6,507 nt of DNA from positions 1 through 6,507 of the forward strand of contig NW_021829251.1 of NCBI RefSeq assembly GCF_006345805.1. Direction: 5' to 3'. Every line of letters starts with the position of its first letter. Position 1 is the stretch's first letter. The position numbers and the translations under genes are program-made. Below the pieces are notes generated by a model that saw only the letters and a list, made by a program, of their open reading frames with translations, was not told where the DNA came from and ran no database searches. The DNA comes from Octopus sinensis (lineage: Eukaryota). This document shows, one piece after another, positions 6,185-6,507 of the stretch.

Positions 6185-6507
6185 TACTTTTTTTTCTCTT
6201 TCTTATTTCAAATTTGCTTCCATTTCTTGCCGAGTGTCTTCCCGACCCCTAGGGCAAAGAAACTCATAGTATACATTGGTAGGCTATTAACCAAACTCAG
6301 TAGTTCATCATTTTCTTTTTTTTTTTTTTTTAAAGTTAAATTAAAATACATGAGCGGCAACAGTTCTCACATCGACAATGCTCTTCTCAATACGTGTGAT
6401 GTACCAGTTAAGACAATTTTTGCACTTCTGCAGGGATGGTAAGCCAGGATCATTCTCATATAATTTTCGGTTCCCTTCTTGATCATTCCTAGTGCTCCTA
6501 CGATCAC
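6083..6507 (-). mobile_element. 3' end of a second RLE-type (R4/Dong-like) non-LTR retrotransposon: ORF C-terminus, 3' UTR and TAA-type tail
   Basis: 6507->6367 reads VIVGALGMIKKGTENYMRMILAYHPCRSAKIVLTGTSHVLRRALSM* (TGA at 6369-6367), matching the VIxGALG...QKxVLxGTxxxLRxxL terminus of RLE ORFs. It is followed by ~180 bp of UTR and (TAA)n. Confidence 0.85.

Overview
AT-rich, repeat-dense animal genomic DNA. The SINE families resemble those I recall from Octopus, so the taxon is an inference. About 85-90% of the window is repeat-derived. Bases 1-2980 are one decayed minus-strand non-LTR retrotransposon of the restriction-like-endonuclease (RLE, R4/Dong-like) type, still readable from the RT catalytic FVDD motif to the endonuclease C-terminus. 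It has been interrupted by two TSD-bounded SINE blocks, a hAT-like MITE and a re-inserted copy of its own post-RT segment, part of which is triplicated. To its right lie a second SINE family (2984-3348, minus), a degenerate 40-bp minisatellite of about 20 units (3478-4272), compound microsatellites, a third SINE family (5481-5776) and the 3' end of a second, different RLE element (6083-6507, minus). Two small unique islands carry phase-compatible minus-strand exon candidates (6027-5968 and 4397-4319) that could start an unidentified host gene. There is no intact CDS, CRISPR array or true tRNA/rRNA gene. I found no convincing novel biological system; the interest lies in the nested transposon history, the minisatellite and the candidate exons.
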